Notes: a model not told the origin generated them from the sequence alone. A stretch of 40,199 nucleotides of DNA from Octopus bimaculoides (GCF_001194135.2 NC_068983.1:143342538-143382736), one strand, 5' to 3'. Shown: positions 23,946 through 36,924, counted from the stretch's first letter. Program-made: numbers and translations.

Positions 23946-24718
23946 TTATATAAGCAATGCACATATATAAACAGGTGAAAGACAATACATGATAAAAAAT
24001 ATTAAAAGTTTAAATACAATATTAAAAAAATATCCACCTAAAAAGAGGTGGAAAATCACTATCTAAGGAGGACAGCTGTTGACACCTTTGACTACAATAC
24101 TTGACCAGTACTTTATTTTATTTTATTGACCTTGAAAGGATGAGATTTGAAATATAATAACAATACTAACAATTTCAAATTATGGCAAAAGTACACAAAC
24201 TTATAAGAAAGGCGTAGAGTAGATAGAATTCCAGTACTATACTTTTAGTTATTGCATCAACTCTGTTACATTTCATCTCGTATTAAAATAATTCTTCCCA
24301 AAGCAATAAGATTCTAAATTTGGGGGATGAACATAATTATATAGACCAAACCTAGTACTTGACTTAGTTACTGAATGGTTGAGAAGTCCTTGGTGAAGTT
24401 TGAACTCAGAATTTAAAGCTTTGTAAATAGTGCAAAATATTGTTTTGAAATAACAATAATCACTGCACTTATCAGAATAATAAATATCTCAGATTTGTGA
24501 AGGAAGATTACAGTTGACTGAATCAAACAATTTTATAATCGGTATATATTTTATTGAGCTAAGAGTGAGGCAAATCTACATTGATCTTAAAAGAATTTGA
24601 ACAGATTGCTAAGAAGTAGAACTAGATTCTTTAAAAAATTTAGTCTGGCACTATCGTGTTTACCAGTTATCACCTTTTGGTAATGATCATAATGGTGATT
24701 GTTTCTCACTTAAGGATC

Positions 24719-25083
24719 ATCATCATCATCATCGTCGTTTAACGTCCGCTTTCCATGCTAGCATGGGTTGGACGATTTGACTGAGGATTGGTGGACCAGG
24801 AGGTGACACCAGGCTCCAATCTGATTTGGCAGAGTTTCTACAGCTGGATGCCCTTCCTAACGCCAACCACTCCGAGAGTGTAGTGGGTGCTTTTACGTGC
24901 CACCGGCACGAGCGCCAGTCAGGCGGGTACTGGCAATGGCCATGCTCGAAATGGTGTATTTTACATGCCACCTGCACAGGAGCCAGTCCATCGGCACTGG
25001 CAACGATCTCGTTTGGACGTCTTACTGGCAAAGGCCATGCTCGAAATGGTGTATTACGTGTCACCTGCACAGGAGCCAGTCCA
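24719..25083 (-). mobile_element. young, CpG-retaining SINE (GAT-tailed family) with an internal ~62-bp duplication
   Basis: (CAT)n GTCGTTTAACGTCCGCTTTCCATGCTAGCATGGGTTGGACG..CAGCTGGATGCCCTTCCTAACGCCAACC; direct repeat at 24928-24990 and 25023-25083. Confidence 0.9.
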
Positions 25084-25847
25084 TGAAACTATAAATTTGC
25101 AGGAAAGAGGTTAGTCGATTATAGGCCTAGGATTTATTTTCATGAATGAATCTTGTGGTAAAACATAGGACTAAAAGGTTAAGTTAATGGCTGAAGTATT
25201 TTAATTTAGAATGATTGATGAATGTAGAAATGAGTGACAAAACAAAATCTGATAATTCAGCACTAGCATTCCTTTCACTCCACTTATCACCCTCCCATAT
25301 AATAAGAGTAATAAATAAATGATTCTGTTACTGTAAACAAAGATTCATCAAAAAGAGTTAAAATGTAATAGAGAAAAATAAATTCAATTTTCTAGATTAT
25401 AAAGCCAGACATTGAAAATTCTTAAGTATTTATACAGCTGGACAGAAATATTTCATGTAACAAATTTTGTACAATAATGGACTGTTCATTGAAAACTGAG
25501 AACCAGGCAACAAAACATAATTTGATATCCAAGAATTTGCAGTAAAAAACATAACTTTTGACTGATTTTGAATATGCCATTTCTACAATTTTTCTTTTCT
25601 TTTCAGCATTTTGCCTTCATTTCAGAGTTGCAGCTGCAAAAGTTGATATAATAGTAGAGCAACAATGAAAGGAATGTTAGCTGGTGACCTGTTAGCAGTG
25701 CAGCATTGTGTTCATGGTCAAGACAACTCATTTCAAAAGTTGCTGTTGGTTTATTTTATGTAACAATTGGAGAGAAATAGTGTCAATGGTTCCAGGCTTC
25801 CAATGAGCCAATCACTAGTTCTTCGCATTTCTAGCACCAGTAGTGAT

Positions 25848-25961
<114 letters not shown>

Positions 25962-26327
25962 CTTAGACCAGATCAACTATCATAAGAGGGTAATTCAGAG
26001 AGCACTCATTTTTCAGTTTCTCAATGATTGATGTTTTATAATCTTTGTCAATATACATCAGTAAAAACACACATACTTGTACACATTACATGTGAGAGTG
26101 GTATCCAATTCACTTTTCTATTTATCCTCCTGTACTGCTAGCCATCACTCCCATTCCTCAGATCACTCCTTATTGACATCTATCATTCTTACTATTGTCT
26201 ATTGATAGCATTTTTCTCTTACCAACTAACGCTACCCTTTGTACTGCTACAGCCACCATTCCTCCTTTTCCCAAGTAACTCATTGACATCCATCACACTT
26301 TCTTACCATTGGCCATTCTTATGATTA

Positions 26328-26332
<5 letters not shown>

Positions 26333-26366
<34 letters not shown>
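26333..26366. repeat. (CT)n microsatellite within a pyrimidine-rich low-complexity tract (~26100-26520)
   Basis: Seen directly. Confidence 0.95.
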
Positions 26367-26368
<2 letters not shown>

Positions 26369-26712
26369 TACTCTCTACCATTATAATGTGGCTCTCTCTT
26401 TTTCATTACACTGACATCACTGTTTCTTCCATTACTCCTTTTAGTACTGACTCATTTCTCCATTCTTTCTCACAGTTTCCTCCTTCATACTCCTCTTTCT
26501 CGTCTAGTTCATTTTCCGCAATTGACCTTTCTGTTCAATTTGTAAGTCAGTCAATGTTACCCTGAACAATTGAAAACAATGTGGACTTAGTGCATACTCT
26601 TGTCATTTGAGGTACAACTCAACCTCATATGTGCCTTGATAAGATGCATCAAATACACTGTCAAGTGGTTGGCAAATAAGTAGTAAAAAGCATGAGGTTG
26701 AGAGAACACTGG

Positions 26713-26747
26713 AGTCTCATTGAGGATCTGATAACCTCAATGAGACT
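26713..26747. repeat. perfect 13-bp hairpin with a 9-nt loop
   Basis: AGTCTCATTGAGG-ATCTGATAA-CCTCAATGAGACT. Confidence 0.9.
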
Positions 26748-27198
26748 TTTTCCCTCCACCTCAGACCACAACATTTAACTTGTCCTTCTGAGGCAATAAG
26801 GTGTGGTTTGATTTCCATCAGGCTACTATTTCTAACAGAGCAACTAATCTCTTAGAGGCTCCTTCATTATCTTGACATCATCAATATTGTTGGAGTAAGT
26901 ATCTTTACAGCTGGGTCTCTCTTATCACTAAACCATTCAGATATAATATATGTATCAGAATTAATACTTTTTACTGTTTTCAATTAGACAAACTGAAGAA
27001 AGAGTAATATCCATTATTGAAAAGCACAATAAAAAAAATTAAAACAGTTTTTTTTTAAACCATGATCACATGGTTGTTTAGTAAGTTTTCCCTAGGACCA
27101 AGACGTCTGTCTATATCTTTCATAAATTTAGATATAAAAAAATTGCTACTTTTAAGCATTAATTTGCCAGTTATTTTTGTCATTCTCTAATCCCACAG

Positions 27199-27298
27199 AT
27201 ATCATCTTGCAACACTGTTCCCACTCATTCTCAATATCCATCATGTATACGTCATATATAGTACAGTTATGGCAGCTCTATTTCAAACCAAGTTATTG
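27199..27298 (+). CDS. candidate plus-strand exon
   Basis: Strong acceptor with a branch-like CTAAT (TTTTTGTCATTCTCTAATCCCACAG|) and donor TTG|GTATTA; open frame YHLATLFPLILNIHHVYVIYSTVMAALFQTKLL. Confidence 0.2.
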
Positions 27299-27883
27299 GT
27301 ATTATTGATTCATAACTACTTTCTTTGTTTGAATTTACACCATTCTTCAGTTTCAAATTCATTTATGGAATTTTTACTTCCTACTTTTTAACAAGAAAAT
27401 TTTTTTAGCTAAATTGCAAAACCACTAGAATATAAGATAACATTTCACAATTGTATCAAAAACTGTAGGCAACATTGCTAGAATTGGTCATTGTGTTGAG
27501 TGAAGAAATCAGATATACAAAGTGAATAAAGGAAGTTCACAATGAAATGCTTTATCCAAAATTTTGATATTCTTTGCCTGAATTGTTCCCAAAGGAAAAA
27601 AGAGTTACTATTCATTGGTTTTATCTTCTCGATCAATTTTCTATATCTATGAAGTAGTATTGCGACCTCAAAAATAAAAATTTGAATCTTCTTTGAAGTG
27701 ATTTTAAAACTTTAATAGAACTTGAATTTTTCAAACATTGTAAAAGAAAATGAATATCTCCACACAGCAACATTTATAAAATAACTTCTAGTATATAACT
27801 TGAAGATTACAGTAATTAAGATGAAAGAAAAATAAAACCTAAATTACTTTTAATTTTGCTTTTACTCAACAATCAAAAATCAC

Positions 27884-28130
27884 CATCAGCTTTTAATGTC
27901 CTTGTTTCATGCTGGCATGGATTGGATGGTTTGACAGGATCTGTTGGATCCAGGGATTGCATCATGCTCCAATATATACTTTGGCATGGTTTCTACAACT
28001 TCATGCCATTCCTAATGACAACAGTGAGTAGTTTTTTTGTTTTTTTAAAATTCCAACTGCACTATTTAGGTTGTCATGAAACTTGCAAGACAAAGAACCC
28101 AGAGAGAAGGGGTAGTCCACTTTATGCTAG
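27884..28130 (-). mobile_element. old copy of the GAT-tailed SINE family
   Basis: TTTAATGTCCTTGTTTCATGCTGGCATGGGATTGGATGGTTTGAC..GGTTTCTACAACTTCATGCCATTCCTAATG. Confidence 0.75.
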
Positions 28131-28460
28131 GAGATTAAGGGTTAAAGTATGAGAGAAGGGGGTGGAAAGAACAAGTTACTGAATAAGGGCTGCAAGGTTA
28201 CTCATATTTAGTAGGGAGTGGGGAAAGAGTAGTAGGAGCTACGAAGATATAAATATCAGATATGAGGGGCCCAGGTAGCAGCACAAAGTATAGGGCAAGT
28301 AGAAGTGGGTGAGGAGATAGCAAGATTGTATGAAGAGCATGAGATGAAGAGGAAACAGTGTACAGCTGTCAAAAAGAATGAGGTAGGATTGAAGGGTGAT
28401 GACCAATGAGTCATGAGTTGACGAGTATAAAAGGGATGCGGACGAGAGTATGTAGGTAAG

Positions 28461-28683
28461 AGCGTGGCCGTTGCCAGTACCATTGGGCTGGCCCTTGTGC
28501 CAGTGGCACGTAAAAAGCACCTACCACACTCTTGGAGTGGTTGGCATTAGGAAGGGCATCCAGCTGTAGAAACTCTGCCAGATCAGATTGGAATCTGGTG
28601 TAGCCATCCGGTTCACCAGTCCCCAGTCAAATCGTCCAACCCATGCTAGCATGGAAAGCGGACGTTAAATGATGATGATGATG
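28461..28683 (+). mobile_element. young SINE, inverted relative to the 24719 copy
   Basis: GTGGCCGTTGCCAGTAC..GGCACGTAAAAAGCAC..GGTTGGCATTAGGAAGGGCATCCAGCTGTAGAAACTCTGCCAGATCAGATTGGA..CCATGCTAGCATGGAAAGCGGACGTTAAATGATGATG. Confidence 0.9.
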
Positions 28684-30249
28684 AAAACAGCTAATCTTAG
28701 AACTTTTGATAATTACAAGAATATCAGAATTATCACTGAAGACTAGGTCTCTTGATTTCCAGGTCATATTCTTGAAAATGATTTTAATTCCTTTAATCCT
28801 CGTTAGGCTTCATAGAGTAAAAACAGAGTTTTAAAAAATTCTATTGAAGTATGAAAATCCATTGACTGTGAAAAATATCTACTATCTTTAGCAACTATAA
28901 ATTTAATGTTTTTATGACCTTGGAACAATGAAAGGCAATACAAACTCTGGCAGGGTCCCTTTAGAGTAAGGAAAAAAAAAAACTTGGAATAATGAATAAC
29001 TTAAGATAAGTTCTTGGACTAACATCAGAAATTTGATATGGAACAGAAATATTTTAAGAATCTTTGACAGTAATTTCATTCAAAATAAGAACTTTTTATC
29101 AATTCACAAAAAAAGAAAATTGAAATGAACATGTTAATTAAGTATTGTACTAAAGTTTGTTCATTAATTGAATAAACTCATGCGACCTATTTATAATTCA
29201 AACACTGTTTAATAGTACAAAACAAAAAAAGCAGCCTTAAGAATATAGTGTTTTACAACTATTGAAAGCAATTTAAAAAAACTTCTGTAGTCATTGTTAT
29301 TTAAATAAAGGTAAAATATAAAAGGAAAAAATAAAGCAAAATAATTTTTTTAGATATTTAATTTTGTAATATTTCTATGGTGAACTAAAAAATTTAATTA
29401 AAATTAGATGAATAAAAAAACAAATAAAATTGGTCATTTTGAAATTAAATTACTTAAATTTGTTTTAATTTATAAATTAGTGGAAGAAATTAAAACAAAA
29501 TTTTACAATTACTGGCTATTTTTATAAAAATATTATAATTGAAGCTCTTAAGTAGATATTTTTGACAGATGTTCTCTTCACGCAGGGAACTTTTATACTG
29601 CTACAAAAAAAAAGGAAAAAAATCATAAAATATAAAATATTTTTTAAATAAATTAACAAGCTAATTATCATTAGATTTAAGTGATGTGTTCATCACATGA
29701 AATGCCATAACAATACATGAACTTCTTCATAAAATCTCAGACTTAAAGAATATGAATAATTCATCTGATACAGTACTGAATGACCAACTAAGCAATCGGT
29801 TTTTATTCTGTAGCAATTTTTGTATTGTTCTGTGGGCAAGATACTTTACTCCCAATGACTAAATTTAACTTGGTTCTGGGGGCAACATTCACTGCAATGG
29901 ACACCAGCTGCTGCACTATAAGAATGACAAGTGAATTCATGGCTTGCAAATGACAAACTCAATAAATCCCGTGGGAAAAGCAACTTGCTGTTACATCCAA
30001 GAGAAGATTTGTCTCTCTTCTGTTTTAAGACGCTTGTAAGTGGTTGCCCAATTGCAAGTAAAACAACCAAATCCACCTCAGATAACAATTGACAATAAGG
30101 TAATCTTACACTACAAAGGCAGGAGATTTATGGCTGAAATGCCCCTGATCATGCATCTTACCTGATCAGCAATTAAGCAACAACAGAATATGTAACTAGC
30201 CAGTATTTCATTAGACTGTGAAATGAATTTCATTTAACTGTATGAATAC

Positions 30250-30436
30250 CTGTGGATTATTTAAAGATTTATTACAACTGTTGAGACTGCATATTACAAC
30301 TATGAAACTTATGACACTGCCTAAAACTACATTCAGGGCAATATATCTCAATGGATTACAAATAGCAGCTACTATTGATAAAGTTTGCTGTAGCTCATTT
30401 TCAGTCCAGATTTTAATAAATTTATTACCTTCAAGC
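30250..30436 (-). CDS. candidate internal exon (phase 2 to 0) with a hydrophobic helix
   Basis: Open 62-codon frame LEGNKFIKIWTENELQQTLSIVAAICNPLRYIALNVVLGSVISFIVVICSLNSCNKSLNNPQ; donor CAG|GTATTC, moderate AAG acceptor. Confidence 0.25.
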
Positions 30437-31640
30437 CTTTTAAGACCATGAACAATATAGAGCAAAAACATTAGTACCAAATCCTTCAAAGACATTGAAT
30501 AGGTTTAATAAAATCTATTAGTCTTAGCCTTTCAGATATTTCTAAACTCAACAAAACCTACAAGTGCAAAATTGCAGCAAGACCCACCTTGTCTTTTCAG
30601 TAAAGTGGATGAAAACTGAATAGAATACTGCAAAATGGTCAAAATCTTTCAGCCATTCACAATGTACATTTATGTGCATTCACCCATACTTTCACACATA
30701 TTAAAGATGAAACAAAGCTTAGCTCTAATTCAAAATAATCATGACAGTAAGTAGGTAAATTACACTGAGAATTCAAATTCTTCAGTTTTATAGACTCAAT
30801 CCACTAATGTTATTACTAATTTGTTTTCAATCAGAATCCATTAAAAGTTTTTCTGAATAAAAATGGTTTCCTGTGCTCATAGCTTTTGTGTTAATTTCTT
30901 TAAAGGTTATGATGCATGAATTTAAATTCTCACCCAGAAATCACACAAGCAACAAAGATGCAAGATATAAACTGTACAGACAGATAGATAAATGTATAGG
31001 ATATCCAAGTGCAACAGAGAGGGGGAGAGAGAGATAAGTAAAGTGATTCCATAGTTCAGTTCTGAATTTTTTACTGAACTTTTCAATTTTACTTAAATTT
31101 TGTATCTATACTTCTATAACAGTAAGAAGAGGTTTGAACCCTGGCCACAGATTTATCCTAAACACAACTACATGAATCTACATTTTATATTTGCATAAAC
31201 ATATACAGATATATGTGCATGTTAGTGTGTGGAAATATATACACACGTGGTTTGATCAATGTGGTAAGACACATTTTGTGTCTGATAAACACTATAATAT
31301 TCAATATGTACTTGCAGAATCTTGTAGAACTTAATATCACTTCCATCATTTTGCATCCATTTTTCATGGTGGTATAGGTTGGACAGATCCCACAATGCTT
31401 CACCACTCAGTACAGTTTATTTGCCACACAGAAACAGAGACAACCATCAGTCTGTTGTCTGTCATGAATTTTCATTACATTTTTTTCTTTTATTGTGGCT
31501 GGATGCCTTTCCTACCACCAGACTAGGAAGTAGGTTTATTTTATCAAGCCATTGGCACTAAAGTGATTGCCTGCAACAAGACATGACAAATGTGGGAGAA
31601 AGAGCGCTCATTACATGTAAATTTTCTTTTTTCTATGAAG

Positions 31641-31711
31641 CTAATGATTCACTATTACTACCGAGATTCTTCCTCAACAAATTGATGTTGTCATCTGATG
31701 GATCATATCAA
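31641..31711 (+). CDS. candidate plus-strand exon
   Basis: ATTTTCTTTTTTCTATGAAG|..CAA|GTGAGA; the single open frame reads xNDSLLLPRFFLNKLMLSSDGSYQ. Confidence 0.2.
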
Positions 31712-31760
31712 GTGAGAAACTAAATAACAGTGATTCAGCAGCTGTGTAACCTCCTCTCTC

Positions 31761-31762
<2 letters not shown>

Positions 31763-31802
<40 letters not shown>
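31763..31802. repeat. (AC)n microsatellite
   Basis: Seen directly. Confidence 1.
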
Positions 31803-31804
<2 letters not shown>

Positions 31805-33997
31805 ATATGTATCTATGTATGTAAATCCATGCTATTACGAATGCAATCAAAGAATTTTTGAAATGTTCCCGATGTTTGGCTTTGCTATGTGTTGTTACTA
31901 AGATTGATGTCTTTACATTTAAATATTTGAAAGTAATTCTATCAAAGTATATTGAACAATCGATAATCTAAATGTCTTTAAAACATTTTCCTTATTTTCT
32001 TTTTCGACAGCTAATTATTTTAAGTGGTTCATTGACAAACATAAAAAAAAAAATCATTAAAGAGAAGAAATAAATCCCTTTTTTATATATCTTGACAGAT
32101 ATACATGTTTTGCTAAAGAGTAAGAATGAAAATAATACCATCACTATCTACTTCACTCAATATAAACTAAAGATTAGATAAATAAAAATAGTATAGGTGA
32201 AATTTTAAATATTAAAAGACTTGAAACTATATTTACTTCAATTAGCCATTATTCATTTAATCCAGTTTTTTTCTCTTATTTTCCTTATCTTTTCTTTAGT
32301 TGAAATATAATTGATAATTATTAGCTCATGGGTTGATTTTTGCTGTATGTTGCAAGGTCAAAAACTTTATAAAAGCATTGCTTTATGCCTCAAGACAAGA
32401 CACATTACTTTGCTCAATTCCAGTTAAAAATATCACCGAAAATAACTAACAACTGAGTTATCATTAGGAAGCACAAAAGTTATCAGTTGAAATTGTTGTA
32501 AAACAACATGAAAAAATGTAAGAAAAATTTTTAATTTCCATTGCCTTTGGTCTTCTGTAACATTAAGAACTCACAACGCCTTTCAACCAGTCAGCATCAT
32601 TTGTTTGTATTACTTTCTAAAAGCTATGTAACCTTGCTTTCTTTTGTAGTAAAGTGAACTACTGCATAAATGCTAAATAATTGTTTTTAGTCATTTGCTA
32701 AATAACTTGTTCTAGTGAAAAGAAAAAAAAATGCAGAGGAGAGAGACTACCAAAATTTTCATTAAAGAATGTAATGAGGAAATGAGTGATCGTTAGCAAT
32801 ATAACTCCTGGTATGTTTCAGTCTTACTGGACCTCCTCAGTGAAGCATGGTCAAACTGCTAAACTGTTATGAGAGAAGTATATAACATTTTTGGCAAATT
32901 AACACAGATTGTTATATATAACTTAAGAGAATGATTGGAAAAAATACCCAAGGATGCCTGCTGCATAAAAACTTAATATACTTGACACAGTAAGCAAAAA
33001 GAGAAAAAAAAATGTTAGAATAATTTTCAAAATAGTGAATTCTGTTTAAAAGAGGCAGGACAAAATCAGCATCTGCCAATAACTTATTTTCCTAGCTTAA
33101 GTGAGCTAAAAAGAAAACAACTATGAATAGTTGCTGAACCACTTCAAGACATCTATACCATAATGGAATACTGCTTATATATCTGGGGTTAGACAACCAG
33201 ATGCTACACACACAAGAATCAAGAGTTACACACACGCACACACACACAAAAATATATTTCATTTACCAACAAACAAATAACACTACTCCACCAGCATTCT
33301 GTGTTCTGTTATTAGTGAATTAATCTTGAGTAAAAGGAGTCTCTAAGCAGTTGCTTGATCTGCTAAAAATAGTAGCCATGTCTCCTTTGAGTTATACCTT
33401 ACAGTCTTAAATAAGGAAGGATAGATAAAGTCACATATCTCTAAAGAAAATGAAATAAAATAAATGAGCGAATGGTCATAGCTGACTTGTATGTACAAGT
33501 TTTACCCAATTTAGATCTAAATGCTAAACATTTTATTCAATCTCTTTTCTGTAAGACTAAAACTTCATATTTACTTCCACTTCCAATAGTCAGAAGTAAA
33601 TAACCTCCTTAATTCTTTCGATAATAACCTGGCTGAAACTGCCTCTAGCTCTGTAGTACAAACGTCTTATTTTCAAAAGTTCTGAATTAAAATCTTCCAC
33701 CAAACCTTCTTCCTAACATTAGCTTAATGATAATTGAGTTAAATTACTAAATTCTTTGTTATATTTAAAATTAAGTGGAAGAAACACAGAGCATCTCAAC
33801 AGAAATATGGTAACAAAAGAGTTAAGCCTTTTCCTGTTTGGAAGGGCCAACACTGCTCTTCTTCCGTAGGTGAAATGATACTTTGTTTCAAGAACATCTA
33901 TCTCCTGGAACTGCTTTGCTCTCACTGTCTCTGCAGATGCTGACTTTAAAATGTTCAAGCTGGAATACTTAAGATTGATCAACTGTTTCAATCATAC

Positions 33998-34048
33998 CAG
34001 TCTTGGAAGGCCTGCATAATGTCTAGAGTATTTACTGTACCTCCTCCT
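33998..34048 (-). CDS. candidate 51-nt symmetric exon
   Basis: Very strong acceptor TTGTTTTTGTTTCTTTGTTTTATTGCTTGTTCAG| and donor CTG|GTATGA; two open frames, GGGTVNTLDIMQAFQD(W) or RRRYSKYSRHYAGLPRL. Confidence 0.3.
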
Positions 34049-34622
34049 CTGAACAAGCAATAAAACAAAGAAACAAAAACAAGTAGAGTTCTTCTGATAA
34101 ATTAACATTGTCCATCTTCTCAGTGACATTCAAATTATTATTTCTGCTAAGATTCCCCAAATTTTACAGTCAATATCTCACTTCAGTGTAACAGTATATT
34201 ATTTAGATATATATCTTTTACATGGAGAGAAATAGACCCTGTTGTTTTCAACAGGAATGGTAGAAGGTTACAAAACTTTGTCCATTCAGTTTAGATTTTA
34301 GCTAATGTTATTCACTCCACCGCTGGCCTTTGATTATATCATGGAGAAAGCAATATACAATCATTATTCTCTACCTCATTCTTTCACATATACACACAGA
34401 AACATGCATGCTTGCTCATTTCATCATTTGCATGCACACACACCCACACACACGCGCATGAGCACAAACAATAGTTCTAACCTAATTATTGTGACTGAAA
34501 GTAACAGTACATTTTCTGATAAACCATCGACAATTTACATTGTATGCTAATTCCTAAGAGTGCTTATCTATTTTACATTTCTGTAATTAATTATATTACA
34601 ATCTCTCCAACTTTTCATGAAA

Positions 34623-34648
34623 CATCATCATCATCATCATCATCATCA
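34623..34648. repeat. (CAT)n microsatellite
   Basis: Seen directly. Confidence 0.95.
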
Positions 34649-34654
34649 GTAGTA

Positions 34655-34845
34655 GTAAGCTGAAGAATCCTTTACATGGCCACCTGAACTACTAGAAATA
34701 GCAACCAACTCCTCTTCAAGTCATCCTTTATTTTTATGAAAAAGGGAGACATGGATAAGGTAGTTGTATGTGTCCTTAAGAGATAGAATGCATTTGATCT
34801 TAAATCTGCTCAACCAAGACGAACTTAAAGATTAACAACAATTTC
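34655..34845. mobile_element. interspersed repeat family D (CTAGAAATAGC..GATCATAGGTCTG motif)
   Basis: Related degenerate copies lie near 3730-3810, 4050-4110, 14410-14600, 22230-22400, 33320-33490, 37715-37750 and 38275-38400; the class is not determined. Confidence 0.6.
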
Positions 34846-35303
34846 CAGAATATATCAATGATTGCTTTTTCTTTTTGCTGTTAAACATGAAGTTTCTGAA
34901 AATAGTTATATATAGTTAGGTTATTAGAATGCTGCTGGCTTCTCAATCTCCAAAATCAATGAATCATTAGTCTGCCACCAATGAGGCAGAGAGTTTCTTG
35001 GTAAAGACGGTTTCTGCTACAACCACTAATCTATAAATATGGTCAATATGAAGGGAAGAACACACTGGAGCACAGTATGTAGAGTGGCACAGGATAAGGC
35101 TAAGTAGTGGCCTTTCGTAAATAAAGTACATATGTGATTTTAGCATAAAGCTAACACTTTCAGTGAAAGGATGCATGCCTGGTACTTATTTTGTTTAGCC
35201 TTGTTTTTATGATTATGGATATAGCTCTTTCTCAAAAAAGGGCTTCCAAGATGGAAGAAAGGTGAGAAGGAAGTTATTCTCATACTGGTGACATTATAAA
35301 TAC

Positions 35304-35397
35304 TTGCAACAGAATGCAGCTCTGCAATAGGCACCGAAGGGCCAGCTGGGTCCATTAAAATGGGTGAGGAAAAGTTTGCCATTCAAGATCAGTTGTG
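35304..35397 (-). CDS. candidate internal exon (phase 1 to 2)
   Basis: Acceptor CTTTTGCATAATTTCTATTTTGTCAG|, donor CAA|GTATTT, locally GC-richer sequence; open frame xQLILNGKLFLTHFNGPSWPFGAYCRAAFCC(K). Confidence 0.28.
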
Positions 35398-35799
35398 CTG
35401 ACAAAATAGAAATTATGCAAAAGACTATTAAGCTACACTTACAAAGCTTTACGTGAGCCTGAATATATTCCATTTAACAGCAATATGATTTTAAGGTAAA
35501 GAAATCATACTGATACTGTGAGTTGTTTTCAGGGAAACAAAAGCATTGTCTGAAATTAGTATTATCCTTAGAAGAAATAAGACTCCAGGCTGCAGTGAAA
35601 GCAAACAGGAAGCTAAAGAGCTGATTATTCTGCAGCAATTAATCATAAAAGTACCATGGATGTTAGGAGTTGATAATTTAGGCATAGCTCATGGACACTG
35701 TAGGGTGGATTATGAAAGTCAAAATTTTTAATAACAAATACCACAGATAGATATTTTACTTCAAATGGTTAAATAGGTACCAGACAAAGTCTGAAGAAA

Positions 35800-36010
35800 G
35801 TAACATTTGTAGGCTGACAACATTTTGAGGACCAGTGATGTCTATGTCTCACATAATGTGTTTTGTAGCTTGGCAGTTTAATGTGCAAAGACCAGTGGAA
35901 TACTTCACATAGAAAACAAGGGAAGGGTATCCAGCTGTAGATTATTACCTCAAGAAGTCCCTCACAACCCAGGACAATATGAAGAAGGCAGATGCAAAAA
36001 TGATGATATT
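35800..36010 (+). mobile_element. degenerate SINE 3' part
   Basis: GGGAAGGGTATCCAGCTGTAGA..ATGATGAT matches the tail region of the GAT-tailed family. Confidence 0.6.
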
Positions 36011-36747
36011 GAAATTCTAAGAGTTTAACTTTAAGAAATATGTCACTGCCTAGATGGTTTCTCAAGCTACATTACACAAAGTTTTCTTAGTTAACCTAAC
36101 AACCCTGTTTGTTAGAAAACAACCATTCATATATTATTTATAACCAAAATACTAGTTAAGACCTAGGGCTAAACAATAAGCAGGATGTTTATAGTTGATG
36201 GTATGTCTCTAACTATGACTATCATTTATACAAGTATTTGACTGTTTTCCTACATAAGTAGTGTAGCATAACAGTACTACGCTGTAAAGTTTCTCCAATG
36301 CTCAAATATTTCACATTTATGAATGAAAGAGTCATTCTACAACCTAATGACTTTGTTTGTAATCCAAATTATTCTAGGTATTTCACTGCTGAGTTCATTG
36401 CTAAGTACCACTGCTTATAGTAGAGCTGTTAGTTCAACAACCTTCTATAATTACACTGTCACCTTTTTGTTACTACATTTCAAATGAAATACATAGCCTA
36501 TTTATTTTCATTAATTTCAGAAGTAATCAATTGGAAAAGATCTAATAACTTTCATTATTAAGCTGATGTTTTGGAATATAACCTAATGAAAAGCACTAAC
36601 AAATTTATCACAGCTTAGCTTGAAATATGAACACTTTATAATCAAGTTTTGTATCAGAGAATCAGAAACATTTGTAGTGACACTGTTACAAAACAAATAT
36701 ATGGAAGGGCATCAGCAAAACTGTTCCAATCCCAGTTGATGGATATA

Positions 36748-36924
36748 CTGCATTTTAACATATATAAGGAACCCTCGTGTATAAGGAACCCCCAAATTTT
36801 GGAGGCTTAAAATTTGGAAAAAAGGTTTTGTAAGGGATTATAATACTATCCATGTAAAAGAAACTCCCATATTTTTTACTTAATTTTTGACAAAAAAGGG
36901 TTCTTTATACACATTAAAATATGG
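36748..36924. mobile_element. Tc1/mariner-type MITE (177 bp) with TA TSD
   Basis: TA at 36746-36747 and 36925-36926. The left end TACTGCATTTTAACATATATAAGGAACCC matches the reverse-complemented right end TACCATATTTTAATGTGTATAAAGAACCC at 22/29 positions. An internal repeat TATAAGGAACCC occurs twice. Confidence 0.7.

Noticed and set aside
24729-25114. Cluster of GC-rich ORFs up to 113 aa
   Set aside because: All lie inside a SINE, and their repeated peptides come from its internal duplication.
29810-30088. 80-aa minus-strand ORF in GC-richer sequence
   Set aside because: It begins in a CORE-like SINE motif (TGTGGGCAAGATACTTTACTC) and is probably a decayed repeat.
32570-32611. Minus-strand KVIQTNDADWLKGV, SH3-like
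   Set aside because: The acceptor lacks a pyrimidine tract, and no exon supplying the rest of an SH3 domain was found.
33998-34048. Resemblance of GGGTV..AFQ to the DNase II C-terminus
   Set aside because: The conserved Cys and the upstream GDMNR motif are absent, and the spacing differs.
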